Shown here: piece by piece, positions 1 to 11,201 of the stretch | How positions within the stretch are numbered: position 1 is the stretch's first letter | How the letters are laid out: the number at the start of each line of letters is the position of its first letter | NCBI RefSeq assembly: GCF_006345805.1 | Contig: NC_043001.1 | Location: forward strand, 30,318,001 to 30,382,000 | Direction of reading: 5' to 3' | DNA from: Octopus sinensis | Lineage: Eukaryota | DNA: 64,000 nucleotides | Notes under the pieces: model-generated | The model's database searches: none | What the model saw: the letters and a program-made list of their open reading frames with translations, nothing else | What the model was told of the DNA's origin: nothing | Made by a program: the position numbers and the translations under genes

Positions 1-108
1 ATTTGGTCAGCTATAAACCACAAAATAGCTCAATAAATAAAAATGACAAAATTAATAGTTCGCTGCACTGAGGCAGAATTTATAAAGTGTTTTATCTGAT
101 GATCAAAA

Positions 109-523
109 TTATAACTTACCATTTTCTAAATATAAAATTTTCCTGTCACAATTATTGCCTGGTCGCTGCTTCGAATCATTACTATTTGAGTACTGCCTGG
201 TTTCTTGGCTGAATGACCGATAACTTGAATCCTGACTACCAGAGCGATGTTTAAGTTCATGACTCCTTGAATGATATTTACTTAGTTCATAGCTAGGTGA
301 GCCATTTTTAGAATCAGGACTCCGTGATCTGTATTTGGGTTCTTTACTACCTGATCTATGTTTAAATTCTCTACTCCGAGACCTTCTATGATGATTTGAC
401 TGACGAGAGGAATGGCTTCTAGAACTAGAATGACTCCGTGAACGATGCCGACGAGCAATTTTATGTTTTTCTCTACTACTTGATCTTTGAGATCGATGAC
501 CATGGCTTCTGGAACGTCTCTTC
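109..523 (-). CDS. LUC7L3: LUC7L3 exon 9, RS domain. Ends either at TAA 109-111 (441-aa protein) or at the donor G|GTAAGT at 120/119
   Basis: Acceptor tttttag at 524-525. Open frame KRRSRSHGHRSQRSSSREKH...ILYLEN. The 3' end is ambiguous. Confidence 0.85.
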
Positions 524-902
524 CTAAAAATACAAGAGAAAATAAATTAATGAATTTTTGAGGTTTGATTTTCTAAACCAAACTAATCCAGAAAATACAA
601 CATACTATACCATTTTTTTCAAGGTAACAGCAAAGTATTTCAAATTTGGACAATGTATTATAAGGTTTTAGAATTTGATGACATTCATACTGCAAAGAAC
701 CCAAATGTGAAGTGGAAGTTGAATCTATTTCCAGCTTGATGGAGTAAAGGAAACAGTAATGCCCTTGACTAGAGAAAAATTTGATTTTTTTCATTTGGTG
801 GTCTTAAATGTGTTAAATTAATAGCCAGTGTGTCCACATGTATGGATACATACAAACATAAAACAAAATATCATTCTCATATCTTCCATTCTTAGCTGCC
901 TT

Positions 903-1270
903 CATCATCATCATCATTTAACATCAGTTTTCCATGCTGGCATGGGTTGGACGGATTGACTGGGGACAGGCAAGCCAGGAGGTTGCACCAGGCTCCAATC
1001 AAATCTGGCAAGGTTTCTACAGCTGGATGCCCTTCTTAACGCCAACCACTCCGTGAGTGTAGTGGATGCTTTTTATGTGCCACTGGCATCAGCTATGCTT
1101 GGATGGTGCTTTTTATGTGCTACCGGCACAGGAGCCAGTCGGGGAGGAGTGGCTGGCATTGACCATGTTCAGATGGTGCTTTTTACATGCCACCAGCATG
1201 GGGAGCCAGTGAGGCAGCACTGGCATCAACCCACACATGAATGGTGCTTATTGTGTGCCATCAGCATGCT
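903..1270 (-). repeat. (GAT)n-tailed RTE-related short interspersed repeat
   Basis: catcatcat tail followed by the family core ctacagctggatgcccttcttaacgccaaccac. Confidence 0.85.
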
Positions 1271-1805
1271 TCCTCATATTATTTTTCAAGCTCAAATTGG
1301 TATCATTTTCATTTCTAATAGGATCTACATCAATGCTACAAATGTATATTTAGTTCTTTTTAATTTCTTTTTTTGGGGGGTTGCTAATGAATAAAAGTTT
1401 CCTAAACTTCCCATTAACACCATTTCTGCAATTTTCAATCCACTGGTCCAAAGCTGATACAAACTGTGATTAAATTTAACACCTAACTATATATAGGTTT
1501 AAAAGAACAACAAAGACAAATGGCATTAATCAATAAAGGATGACATTGAAAGAGGCCAATGAAGTTATAACACTGACTATAACTCAGAACTAGGCTCAAA
1601 CCTCACTTTATTTGGGAAAACACCATAAGTATTATTATGATAATTATTATTAATGCTATGATGCTAAAAATATGCAGTGCTAGCATGGCAGAAATGATTG
1701 AGGAGATGGTAAAAGATTTTCAAAGAAAAATTAATCAAGCTGATTCTACTGTAGTTACTACAGATTACTCTATCATTATTATGATTAGGAATAATAAAAT
1801 ATAAA

Positions 1806-2195
1806 TCTCTCTGAGAGATTTAGAAATGCAATATTTCTAATTTTCTAGATCAGTGAATTTATTTCACTTGAAATTCTATAAGTTTTCAAATGCAAAGAAG
1901 CACTGACAGCTAGCAAGCCAAGCTACTCCAGACTGATGAAGAGCAATAACTCTGAAACTAGTCTCTGGTGGCTGGCTCTGCTGGGTGGAGGTACTTATCT
2001 CCCCTGTTTGAAAACTTAAGGACACAGAATGCTTGTGTCACGTAGCTAACTGGAAACGATGCTTCCTGGGGCTAAATAACAGTAGCACTCATCCCTTTCC
2101 TGGGATTGCCATATTAAGTTGGCAACAAACCATCACTTTATCATGCTGCTACAGTATAAGTCTCTCTGAGAGATTTAGAAATGCAATATTTCTAA
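1806..2195 (+). mobile_element. Hammerhead-containing ~355-bp element (retrozyme or Penelope-like) bounded by a 35-bp direct repeat
   Basis: tctctctgagagatttagaaatgcaatatttctaa is identical at 1806-1840 and 2161-2195, with the hammerhead in between. Confidence 0.65.
1928..1968 (+). ncRNA. Type I hammerhead ribozyme with minimal palindromic helix III
   Basis: Reads ccaga-CTGATGA-agag(caataa)ctct-GAAA-c-ta-GTC-tctgg. Helix I is ccaga/tctgg, helix II is agag/ctct, the catalytic core is intact and the GUC site ends at 1963. Confidence 0.88.
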
Positions 2196-3650
2196 GATAA
2201 TATTTCAGTTTAGTGGAAAACTTTTTATATCAGAGCCTATCTATTACCAATATTTATTACAGTCCTACATTCTTTATCTTGTGGTCTGTCTGGTTGACAC
2301 TTGGTTTTATGAACTTTCATTCATTGGTTAGCTAGATAGAATTGTTCTAGCTGTTGAAGTTGCCTTTCTCTGGGCCAGTGACCAAGCTAAGATATTTGCA
2401 GACTACCATAAACTGTCTTTGAATGATGCCCATTCAGTGGTGTTTTGTTTAGCTGCCAGAGGAGCAAAGCACATTTGAAGTTTAAACTTCAGGACTTGAT
2501 TCTTTAAAAAAAGAGACACACAAGCATTTGAGTACAGCCTCACAGAAGTTAACTTATAAATGTACATTAAGTTTTGCTTGCACTAGCAGCCCTCATCGGC
2601 AAAGCATAGTATGTAAAACCACAAAGTACTGACAAACCTCTGCAAATGTAGTCAGGTGTGAGATATCATGTGATAAAACTGTGGAATGTGTTTTGATTAC
2701 CACAAGCCAACTGGAAAGTGTAAAATAGATTAAGCATTCAAGATTTTTACATCAAGTACCTACTGTAATATGTCATCAAACTTAAATTTATAAGAGTAAT
2801 CTGGTTCTATGTTAACAAATAAACATTTTCAGACTAGAGTAGCTTACAAGCATATCTTAGGAACATGCCTAGACATCAATTTTTGAGGAAATTTTGCATA
2901 TGAATTTCTAGTCAAAAGATATTCCCACCAATATTATGCTGGGAGCTTAAACTAACATCTCCATCTGTATTAACCCGGGCAATTAATACAAACTGGTCTA
3001 CTTTTCCATCTGGCAAATACCAGTAATGGCCTGCTAGAATGCTAGGGCTATAACAGAGCTTGAATGCCAAAACTTAATGACAAAATCACTGTTTTAAAAG
3101 GATTTGGAATTGACTGGATACTGGCATCAGAGATGTTAGGCTCTGTACAGTATATTATACAACCTTTACTGTAATGGGATCAATTACAATCCTACTTGGT
3201 AGAAAATCATCTTTGCCAAAAATAGTCAAACCTGATAGTCAATAATTTCTGTAGGAAACTGTTTCAACATTTGCATTGCTAAGAAAAATTGTCAGTTTTG
3301 TGTCCTTTGAAATTATGCTCTAATATTGTAGGAGATGGTTATACTAGAGCAAAATGCACACTCTTTTAAAAAAGTTAATTTGAATATATTTGATAATTTG
3401 TTTTGAATGTTTAATGAAAAGTTGCTGTGTGCTGATGCTGGAGAGGATCTCAATTGTAGCAGTAGACCAAAGTAAACATAGATACATGTAATGAAGTCAA
3501 ACATAAATAGATGTAACTAAAACAAATATAATAAACAAATGACCCCAAATTACGGATAGATGTGATACAGACAAAACAGTGAAACCCATAACAGTGTATA
3601 AACAGACTCTGAAATGATAATGAGAAAACTTCAAGTCATAACAAAATTAC

Positions 3651-3862
3651 CTTTCTCTGCTTCTACTCCTCCTGGTTCGACTACGGCTACGCCGTCGTCT
3701 TTTTTCTCGTTCTCTTTGCCTCTCCCTTTCTTTCTCCCTTTCCTTTTCTTTCCTACGTTTCTCTTCTCGTTCTTTCTCTTTTTCCCGCTCTCTTTCTTTT
3801 TCACGTTCTTCTTTCTCTCTGACAAGTCTGGCTTCTCTTTCTTCTGCAGATTGTAACTTTCT
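3651..3862 (-). CDS. LUC7L3: LUC7L3 exon 8, RE-rich region and start of RS domain
   Basis: Reads RKLQSAEEREARLVREKEEREKERERE...RRRRSRSRTRRSRSRE. AG/GTAATT boundaries, 212 nt. Confidence 0.92.
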
Positions 3863-4737
3863 CTAATATAATATACAAATAGTATAATTAATAGAAATAA
3901 TCGAATACAAAATATCTGATTCTCCAAATATTATTTATTACTACATTTAAACTTTTTAAAATTATCATTACATTGACGGGTGTAGAGCACAGATTAAACA
4001 ATATAAATCCAGAGGACAATCAGAGAAAAGTTTAAATTTTTAATTGTTAATTTTTTTTAAATAGGTGCAGTATTCAATCATTAACCTCTGTCTGTTAGAA
4101 AAATAAGTAGCATGAAAGGAAAAGCCTTATTTTGATGAACAATAGACAAGTGGCTTCATTTTTCTTTGAAGCAAATTCAACTGCATTTTGCTCTAACAAA
4201 AACAGTACATGATTGGAAAACAGTTTTTTACTCTTGTTAATTTTTAACTTGTTATTATTGCTGCTTGCTTAGCCAATAAAATCAACAACTCACTTTTCAT
4301 ACTTCAGTTTGCAACAAATGACAGTAGGAAAGGTTTTTACAAATGAATGGGAGAGAAACAATGTCTCCTCAAACAATTGCTTCTCGTTAACATTGTTCCA
4401 ATTCAGTATAGGAAAATCGTGAGAGCATGCACAGCAAAACACTGATCATGGTAATACTTTTTAAATATGAAAAAAACTACCATTTTGTGTATGAAACTGT
4501 TAAATATCCTGATTAGTTATCTAGTGGTTACTACTGAAATTACTTATATGAGCAAAGAATGGTCTGTCATTTAGAAACCAGTATTAAAATGTATTTTCCA
4601 AAATATTTCAAGCTTGAAATTTTGTTCTAAATCAAAATGTTAAAAATATAAATTTCAAGACAAATACATTGAAGAGTTCTTCACATATGTAATAGAAATG
4701 ATTTTACAAAAACTAAAAATGTTCTTATGCCACAAAC

Positions 4738-4911
4738 CTGCTTTCTTTCTTCAACATACGTTCTGATTCTGGCATAACCAGAATGCTGTTTTCCCATGAT
4801 ATGTTCATCAATACGCTGCTGAATGTCTCCAACAACAAGGAGTGCACCACATACATTACACACTTCCATGGTTTTTTCACTTTCTGGCGTTTGACTGTTT
4901 TGCCGGGTTTG
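4738..4911 (-). CDS. LUC7L3: LUC7L3 exon 7, second zinc finger (MEVCNVCGALLVVGDIQQRIDEHIMGKQHSGYARIR)
   Basis: C2H2 LUC7 zinc finger 2. Acceptor ttttag, donor CAG|GTTTGT, 174 nt. Confidence 0.95.
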
Positions 4912-5058
4912 CTAAAATGAAAAAACAAATTCCATTTGTAAAATGTCATACAAAACATAAAAATGAGCAAAAAGTTAAGATACAAATGTTCAGTATTTTA
5001 GCAGAAAATCTTTCAAAAATATAAATTTCTTATTAGAATAAGACTATTTTCAACTTAC

Positions 5059-5154
5059 ATTTTCTAAAACTTTCCTCTCCTCTCTTAGTAAATCACATAA
5101 TTTCATAACACCTTGAGCTTCTTCAACTTTTCCTTCACAACCCAAATTTTCTGC
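5059..5154 (-). CDS. LUC7L3: LUC7L3 exon 6 (AENLGCEGKVEEAQGVMKLCDLLREERKVLEN)
   Basis: Contains the LGxEGKVEEAQG motif. AG/GTAAGT boundaries, 96 nt. Confidence 0.95.
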
Positions 5155-5524
5155 CTGAGAAAATAAAAAACAAATGCAATAAAATAAATCCAATGTAACT
5201 TGAAGAGGTAATTAAGAATAGATACAAGTGATCCGTTCATATCAGTGCAAAGGAAATATTCAAATGTCTGATAACAATGCAGACTCGTTTGACACTGACA
5301 CAAATCAGACGAACAGACAGATAGAAATTTATGAAGAGAGGGAGTCATGTAATATGCTGCTATATAAACAAAATCTATTACTTGTTTTTCATATATATAA
5401 GCCATAATTTTTTTTTAGTTAGTTATTTCTGAAATATGTTAGGCTTAATTGAACAAAGACTACAAACAATTTGTAGGAACAATTCTTCTGTGCATGTAGT
5501 TAAAACAAATTAAGATAATATTGA

Positions 5525-5705
5525 TTTCAAATTTTGGCATAAGGCCAGTAATTTCGAGGGAGGGATTAAGTCATTTACCATCAACCCCAAAAGGATAAAA
5601 GGTAAAACTGGCCTCAGTGGAATTTGAACTCAAAATGTAGTAACAGATGAAACGCTGCTAAGCATTTTGCCCAGCGTGCTAACAGTTCTGCCAGCTCACT
5701 GCTTT
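5525..5705 (-). mobile_element. Diverged tRNA-derived SINE; related copies at ~11265-11430, ~31050-31240 and ~59955-60140
   Basis: Contains aatttgaactcaaaatg and ttctgccagctc. Confidence 0.7.
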
Positions 5706-6262
5706 AAAAATTAAGATAATATTGAGCAGTTATTTGGCATCAAGCTGATGTAATCAATTGAATGTGACATGAACAAATTTAATACTAATCTTCTCAACAA
5801 GCCAGTACCTTAATTTCATTAACTGGATTGTAAAAATTTAAGGTTAATAAAGTTCTGAATCATTGAATGAAGATACTTCAATATTAAGCTTTCTCAAACT
5901 ATTCTTGGTACTTCAAGCAAAAAAATAAGTTTTCAATCTAAATATGAATACTATTTAAAACTATTGTCGGTTCTTTCAAGTTTCAAATGAAATTAAGCTA
6001 GATAACTCAATTTCCATAGATAGACAACATTCAGTTGGAAACTATAGGATATTTCTATAAAAGTTAAGACAAACATTAAATTATACGGATGTTCTCATCA
6101 ACTGACTAAAATGTTTATCATACTGTTTCTAGCTTAGAGTAATCAATACAGTTACAAGTATTATTTATACAAACTATTTTACTGAAAAGAATACCTACAC
6201 TTACAAAGCAACCAATTTGATAAGACACCAGTCGATGTAAGTTTTGGGCCATGAGAAAAGCA

Positions 6263-6386
6263 AAAGTACAATGGTACGTACTGAATACTTTATAAAGTAC
6301 AATGGTACGTACTGAATACTTTATAAAGTACAATGGTACGTACTGAATACTTTATAAAGCACAATGGTACGTACTGAATACTTTAT
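6263..6386. repeat. 31-bp minisatellite, 4 copies
   Basis: aaagtacaatggtacgtactgaatactttat at 6263, 6294, 6325 and 6356. Confidence 0.95.
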
Positions 6387-6522
6387 AGTTGTTTTTATTT
6401 ACAGCACAACAAATTTGTACATCAGGCTAGAATAATCTTCAAAAAATTGTTCAAATGCTATAATCTATTTTTTCTACGATACACAAGATGAACTCACCCT
6501 TGATAGTGTAATTAGTACATAC

Positions 6523-6600
6523 CTGTTGAACTAAATCATTAATCCGTTCAGTTAACATGGCAACTTTTTCTTCTTTCAGAGCAGCAGCATTGCTTGAAGG
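6523..6600 (-). CDS. LUC7L3: LUC7L3 exon 5 (PSSNAAALKEEKVAMLTERINDLVQQ)
   Basis: Acceptor ctccag, donor CAG|GTATGT, 78 nt in frame. Coiled-coil segment. Confidence 0.92.
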
Positions 6601-7932
6601 CTGGAGATAAACAAATAGTTCAGATAAAAGTTTTTTTCAAAACAGCCATGTAAGTTAACACATTCATTACCAATACTGCCCGAGACCATTTTTTGTCCTA
6701 CCTATGCTACCAATCCACAGAAACTGCCTGTATTTTTCTGGTCAATTAAATCTAAATTCATATCAGTGATAATACAAGATTTCACTAGGTAAAGATTTTG
6801 TAATATTGTTACAATTTGTCCTCTGAAATTTTGGTCATTTTTCTCCACATCCATTTTAAAAATTATTTCTGTAATGCTCTCTACCCTTTCTAATATGGAT
6901 ACCAGCTTCAGATTTAGGAGCAGTAACTCGAAATTTGAAGTGTTTTTGAAAGAACAAATGCAGCAGCATGTGAAAAATACAACCATAATCAAGTGGATGA
7001 TTATATATCAATTTCTGAGAGTGGAAACAACTCAAACAACAAGAGTGAAAACAACAATAAATTGATAACAGAAGCAGAATGAAGTGAAACTTTTTTAAAT
7101 ATTTCTTTCCCATTGTAATTAGTGTTCCTGTTTATTGATAAAAAAAATACTATTTCTTTTAACAATGTAAGTGTCCCAGACAATCAACATGGAGACCATA
7201 AATAAAGAGTAAAAAAGAACAAATAAAGTCCCAGATACTTAGATGAAATTCAGACATTTTTGTCATAAATATAATAATGGATAAAAGAAACTAGGCCAAT
7301 GGACTACCAACTACTGCAGCTCTGATGAATCTTACCTGTAGCTACTCACACATGTATTTAAAAGCTGAGTCAGTATTTTCATATATGTAACTAATAGTAC
7401 ACTATTTGGGAAATGAAACTATGGCTTGTTGTTCAAAATACAACCCCTAATGAACACTTTACAAGACACTTCAGTTCTATAAATAGCCTTGAAAATCATG
7501 ATAAAGGTTGTTCACAAGTGAAAGATAGTAAGGTATAAAAGCTAGATATGTTTCTAACAAAATATGGTATCAAAATTTGGAAGACTTATGAACAGATGTT
7601 GGGTACTGCCGTAGGTTTTATTTTTGTGGAGAAGAAAAAAAAAACAAATGTGCAAGTCAGCATGGCCTGAAATAGGGTGTGGTAGGGAAATCATCACTTC
7701 CATACTATAAACGCCAAATATTTTTTTGACTAGTATTTCTCTTTGGTCAAGTATGTAAAGGCTTTAGAAGTTGTAATAACAGACAGATGTCACAAGGATG
7801 CAAATAAATAAAGAGGGTGTTGATGAATATATAAAAAAATTAAAATTAAAACAAAGTGGGGAAATAATCCAACAGCAAAAAGGAAATTTGCTAGTGAGTG
7901 TAGAAACAAGAGTCACAATAAATTTCTACCCA

Positions 7933-8220
7933 TATGGCCGAAGCCAGTGCCGCCTCGACTGGCTTCCGTGCAGGTGGCACGTAAAATGCACCAATCCGAC
8001 AGTGGCCGATGCCAGCCTCGCCTGGCACCAGTGCAGGTGGCACGTAAAAAGCACCCACTACACTCACGGAGTGGTTGGCGTTAGGAAGGGGATCCAGCTG
8101 TAGAAACATTGCCAGATAAGACCGGAGCCTGGTGCAGCCTTCTGGCTTCCCAGATCCCCGGTCGAACCGTCCAACCCATGCTAGCATGGAGAACGGACGT
8201 TAAATGATGATGATGATGAT
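7933..8220 (+). repeat. (GAT)n-tailed RTE-related repeat
   Basis: Family core ggagtggttggcgttaggaaggg...atgatgatg. Confidence 0.85.
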
Positions 8221-9599
8221 ATGTTCAACCACATAGAGCTATAAGTGGCACATCATTTGTAAACTTCAATCAAAACAGTTCAATTGAGGCAATATAGTTT
8301 GATTAAACTGAACTATGAGCTTTTACCAGGTAAACCTGGTGGAAAGCAACACTTGCTGTGATATACAGTAAATATAAGTACTGACATTTTTTTAAAAATT
8401 TTGTTAATAACCAAATCACTAAGAGTACGAAAGCAATGTACCCAGCTGCAGAATTGAGCTGAGGACAAGCTTTCTCTCAGAAAAAAAAAATCTACATAGA
8501 AATATCCTTTTAAATTTGACCAACTTCATAATAGTTGCAAGATAGCATACTGAGAATACAAATACCAGAAATGGAAAGCAACCCAATGGGTGGTCAATTG
8601 AAATAACTTTCCAATGAGCATTCTGGAATACTTTATTTTCTAATTTGCCTTATTTTTGAGTTTTGTATTTACCCAGAAACGGAGAGGCAAATTCTGCTTC
8701 GTTAGTGATAATCTACTTTTGTGTACCTCATTTATATGCACTCAAGTGTAAATAAAAATACAAGAAGGTACAATATTCCCTGATGTCCTTTATTACAACT
8801 TTATTAATCCCAAAAGAATATAGGCTACTAACTCATTTTATATGGTAATATTTAAACAAAAATTTAAATAATTTTAGATTTCACTGAATTTACCTGTAAT
8901 TAAAGTAGTTTTGAGACAAAAATTCCATCATAGACTTATGTAAGAATCTTTTGCTATGTTGTGTTCCAAACATCACCTTAATACATCAATAAACAAAAAA
9001 GTTATAGTTGTTTTATGAAAATAGCCTAAATTCACAATTATTTTACAATTTAACAGAAAGAGTATTTCTAGTTAGAAATATACTATAATGAATAGGTTAA
9101 GAAATCTTTTCTTAATGTTTTCCTTCCTAAATAATTTTTTTATTACATTGTAAGTATAGGCTAGACAGTGTTCTGTTATGATTTATATAGAATATATGTT
9201 CTTGAATTAGTAAAACAGAAAAGTGAATGCAACTATAAGTCCTTCCTAAAAAATACAGAAAACTTGAGAAATCTTCAGTTTGAATTGTTACAGGTGGAAG
9301 TGGGAGCATGTGGACAAGGAACACCAATGAGAAAGCATTGAATATGTTTAATATGGAATCTGGTATGAATGATAAGAGAATTTAATTCATGAAGTTATTG
9401 TTTAGCCCTGAGTGATCTAACCTATGATCAAAAGGTATTGAAGATATCCATTTTACTTTTTTTTTTTCCAGCCAAGTGTACCCTGGACTATTTTATCCAG
9501 TGTCTCTCTTTATTTCCTCTTGTAATGATTCTTTTAGCCACTTTGTTCTCAAAAAGGAACTTCAAGATATTTGCTAATGAACACTATGTAATCATTATT

Positions 9600-9780
9600 A
9601 TTATCATTTAACATCCATTTTCCACACAGGCATCAGCCGGACAGTCTGACCAAAGCTTGTAAGGCAAGAGGTTGCACCAGGCACCAATATCTGTTCTGGC
9701 AAGGCTTCTACAGCTGGATGCCCTTCCTAATGCCAGCCATTCTATAGAGTATATTTTTTATGTAGCACCAGCACAGGTCC
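9600..9780 (-). repeat. Diverged (GAT)n-tailed repeat
   Basis: Contains ctacagctggatgcccttcctaatgcc. Confidence 0.7.
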
Positions 9781-10051
9781 TTTTAACACGGTACCTTATT
9801 TTCAGCAATAAATACGAATACTATAAAAGTAATTTTGTTTACATCAAAATTTTTAATTGCTTAATACAAAATTCAAAGTATTCAGAAAAAATTCAAACAA
9901 AAAATACTTAGTGAAATTAACAAAAAAACTAACTTAAAATATGAAAACATACAACAAATGAGGAGTCAAAATCTTCATGAAAAATACTATACTACTAAAA
10001 CTTTATTTCTTATAACTATCAGGAACACTAGCCATGTAGCATGTTTAAAAA

Positions 10052-10447
10052 TCTATATATATAAAAGTGAGGTTGTGTGGTGTTTGTCTCCTACGATTTA
10101 GATTCCTAACTACTCCCACATTTTGCGGTGCAGTGTAACCAAAAGCGGGTATCTTATAGTCATGATTCATATCCAGCCCTTCTGGGTATTTGCGCGCGTC
10201 TACAATGAGTCTACAATTTAAAAAAAATTTACCATCATTTTTTCCCATTTTTAATGCATTTTTTACTATTATATAAGGGAAGTAACTCTCTAAAAATGTA
10301 TTATTAAATCTCAGAACGTAAAAAGCTACAGCAACACCCCCCTTTGTGGCTAGCCATATTGAGATGGCTATTATACTTTACATCTCTAAAAATGCTTATA
10401 TAGTTATTTCCCTTACAAACCCGAGCAACGCCGGGTGATACTGCTAG
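10052..10447 (+). mobile_element. Non-autonomous Helitron
   Basis: 5' TC start (tctatatatataaaag), subterminal hairpin acccg-agcaacgc-cgggt, 3' CTAG. Inserted between A and T with no TSD. Confidence 0.85.
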
Positions 10448-11062
10448 TAATCTATAAACATGTTTACCAGGCATATGCTCTAACCAGAAATTCATGTGTC
10501 AATGAGGAAGCCTCTACTTAGACACATGACCAGCTAGAAATAGTGGCCAAATCTCCCCCAAGCACACCTACCATCTTTAAAAGGAGAAAGGCACATTGGA
10601 TAATGTAATCCTAGATACACTGCATCTGAAAATAAGGTGAATTGGTTATGGTTGGAACACCTTTGACCATAGATCTCCTTGTAGGGTGGGGTGGGGCAAA
10701 ATAACAGCTTATATTTGTTCTTCAGTTTTGAATAATTTTTACCAATTTCCATCCCATATTACCTAAACAACGGCATTTTTCAACAAATATGATACATCTG
10801 GAGCTCAAAACATTAATATTTCCTAATACTATACCATATCGCATTTCTCATAAGCACAAGTTGTTACTGGAAAATCTTAAATATTTAAAATGACTAGACT
10901 ATATAATATATTTTTCAGATCTAACAAAATGGTTTTAATGTTTATGAAAAAAATATGTTTTTACAAATAGTACACTGCCTTTTTTCTAAGAAAAACGCAA
11001 TATTTAGAAGAACAATTTATACTGTACTAAAAGAGGTATATAAACAAATTTGAATTACTTAC

Positions 11063-11201
11063 TGTTCCTTGGGTACTATTCAAGGCTAAGCGCTGATGGC
11101 CCCTTCGAATCCTTCTTTCAACATCAGAAATCAAAGTTTGAAGGAAACGCATAAATTCTTCCTCATATCCCATTTTTTCAAACCGACCACTTTTCGTATA
11201 C
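11063..11201 (-). CDS. LUC7L3: LUC7L3 exon 4 (YTKSGRFEKMGYEEEFMRFLQTLISDVERRIRRGHQRLALNSTQGT)
   Basis: Contains the VERRIRRGHxRL motif. AG/GTAAGT boundaries, 139 nt. Confidence 0.95.

Noticed and set aside
3614-3927. Phe/Leu-rich + strand ORF and Lys-rich - strand ORF
   Set aside because: Antisense and off-frame readings of the LUC7L3 RE-rich exon 8.
6263-6386. 31-bp repeats resembling a CRISPR array
   Set aside because: The units are directly adjacent with no spacers, and they lie in a eukaryotic intron. This is a minisatellite.
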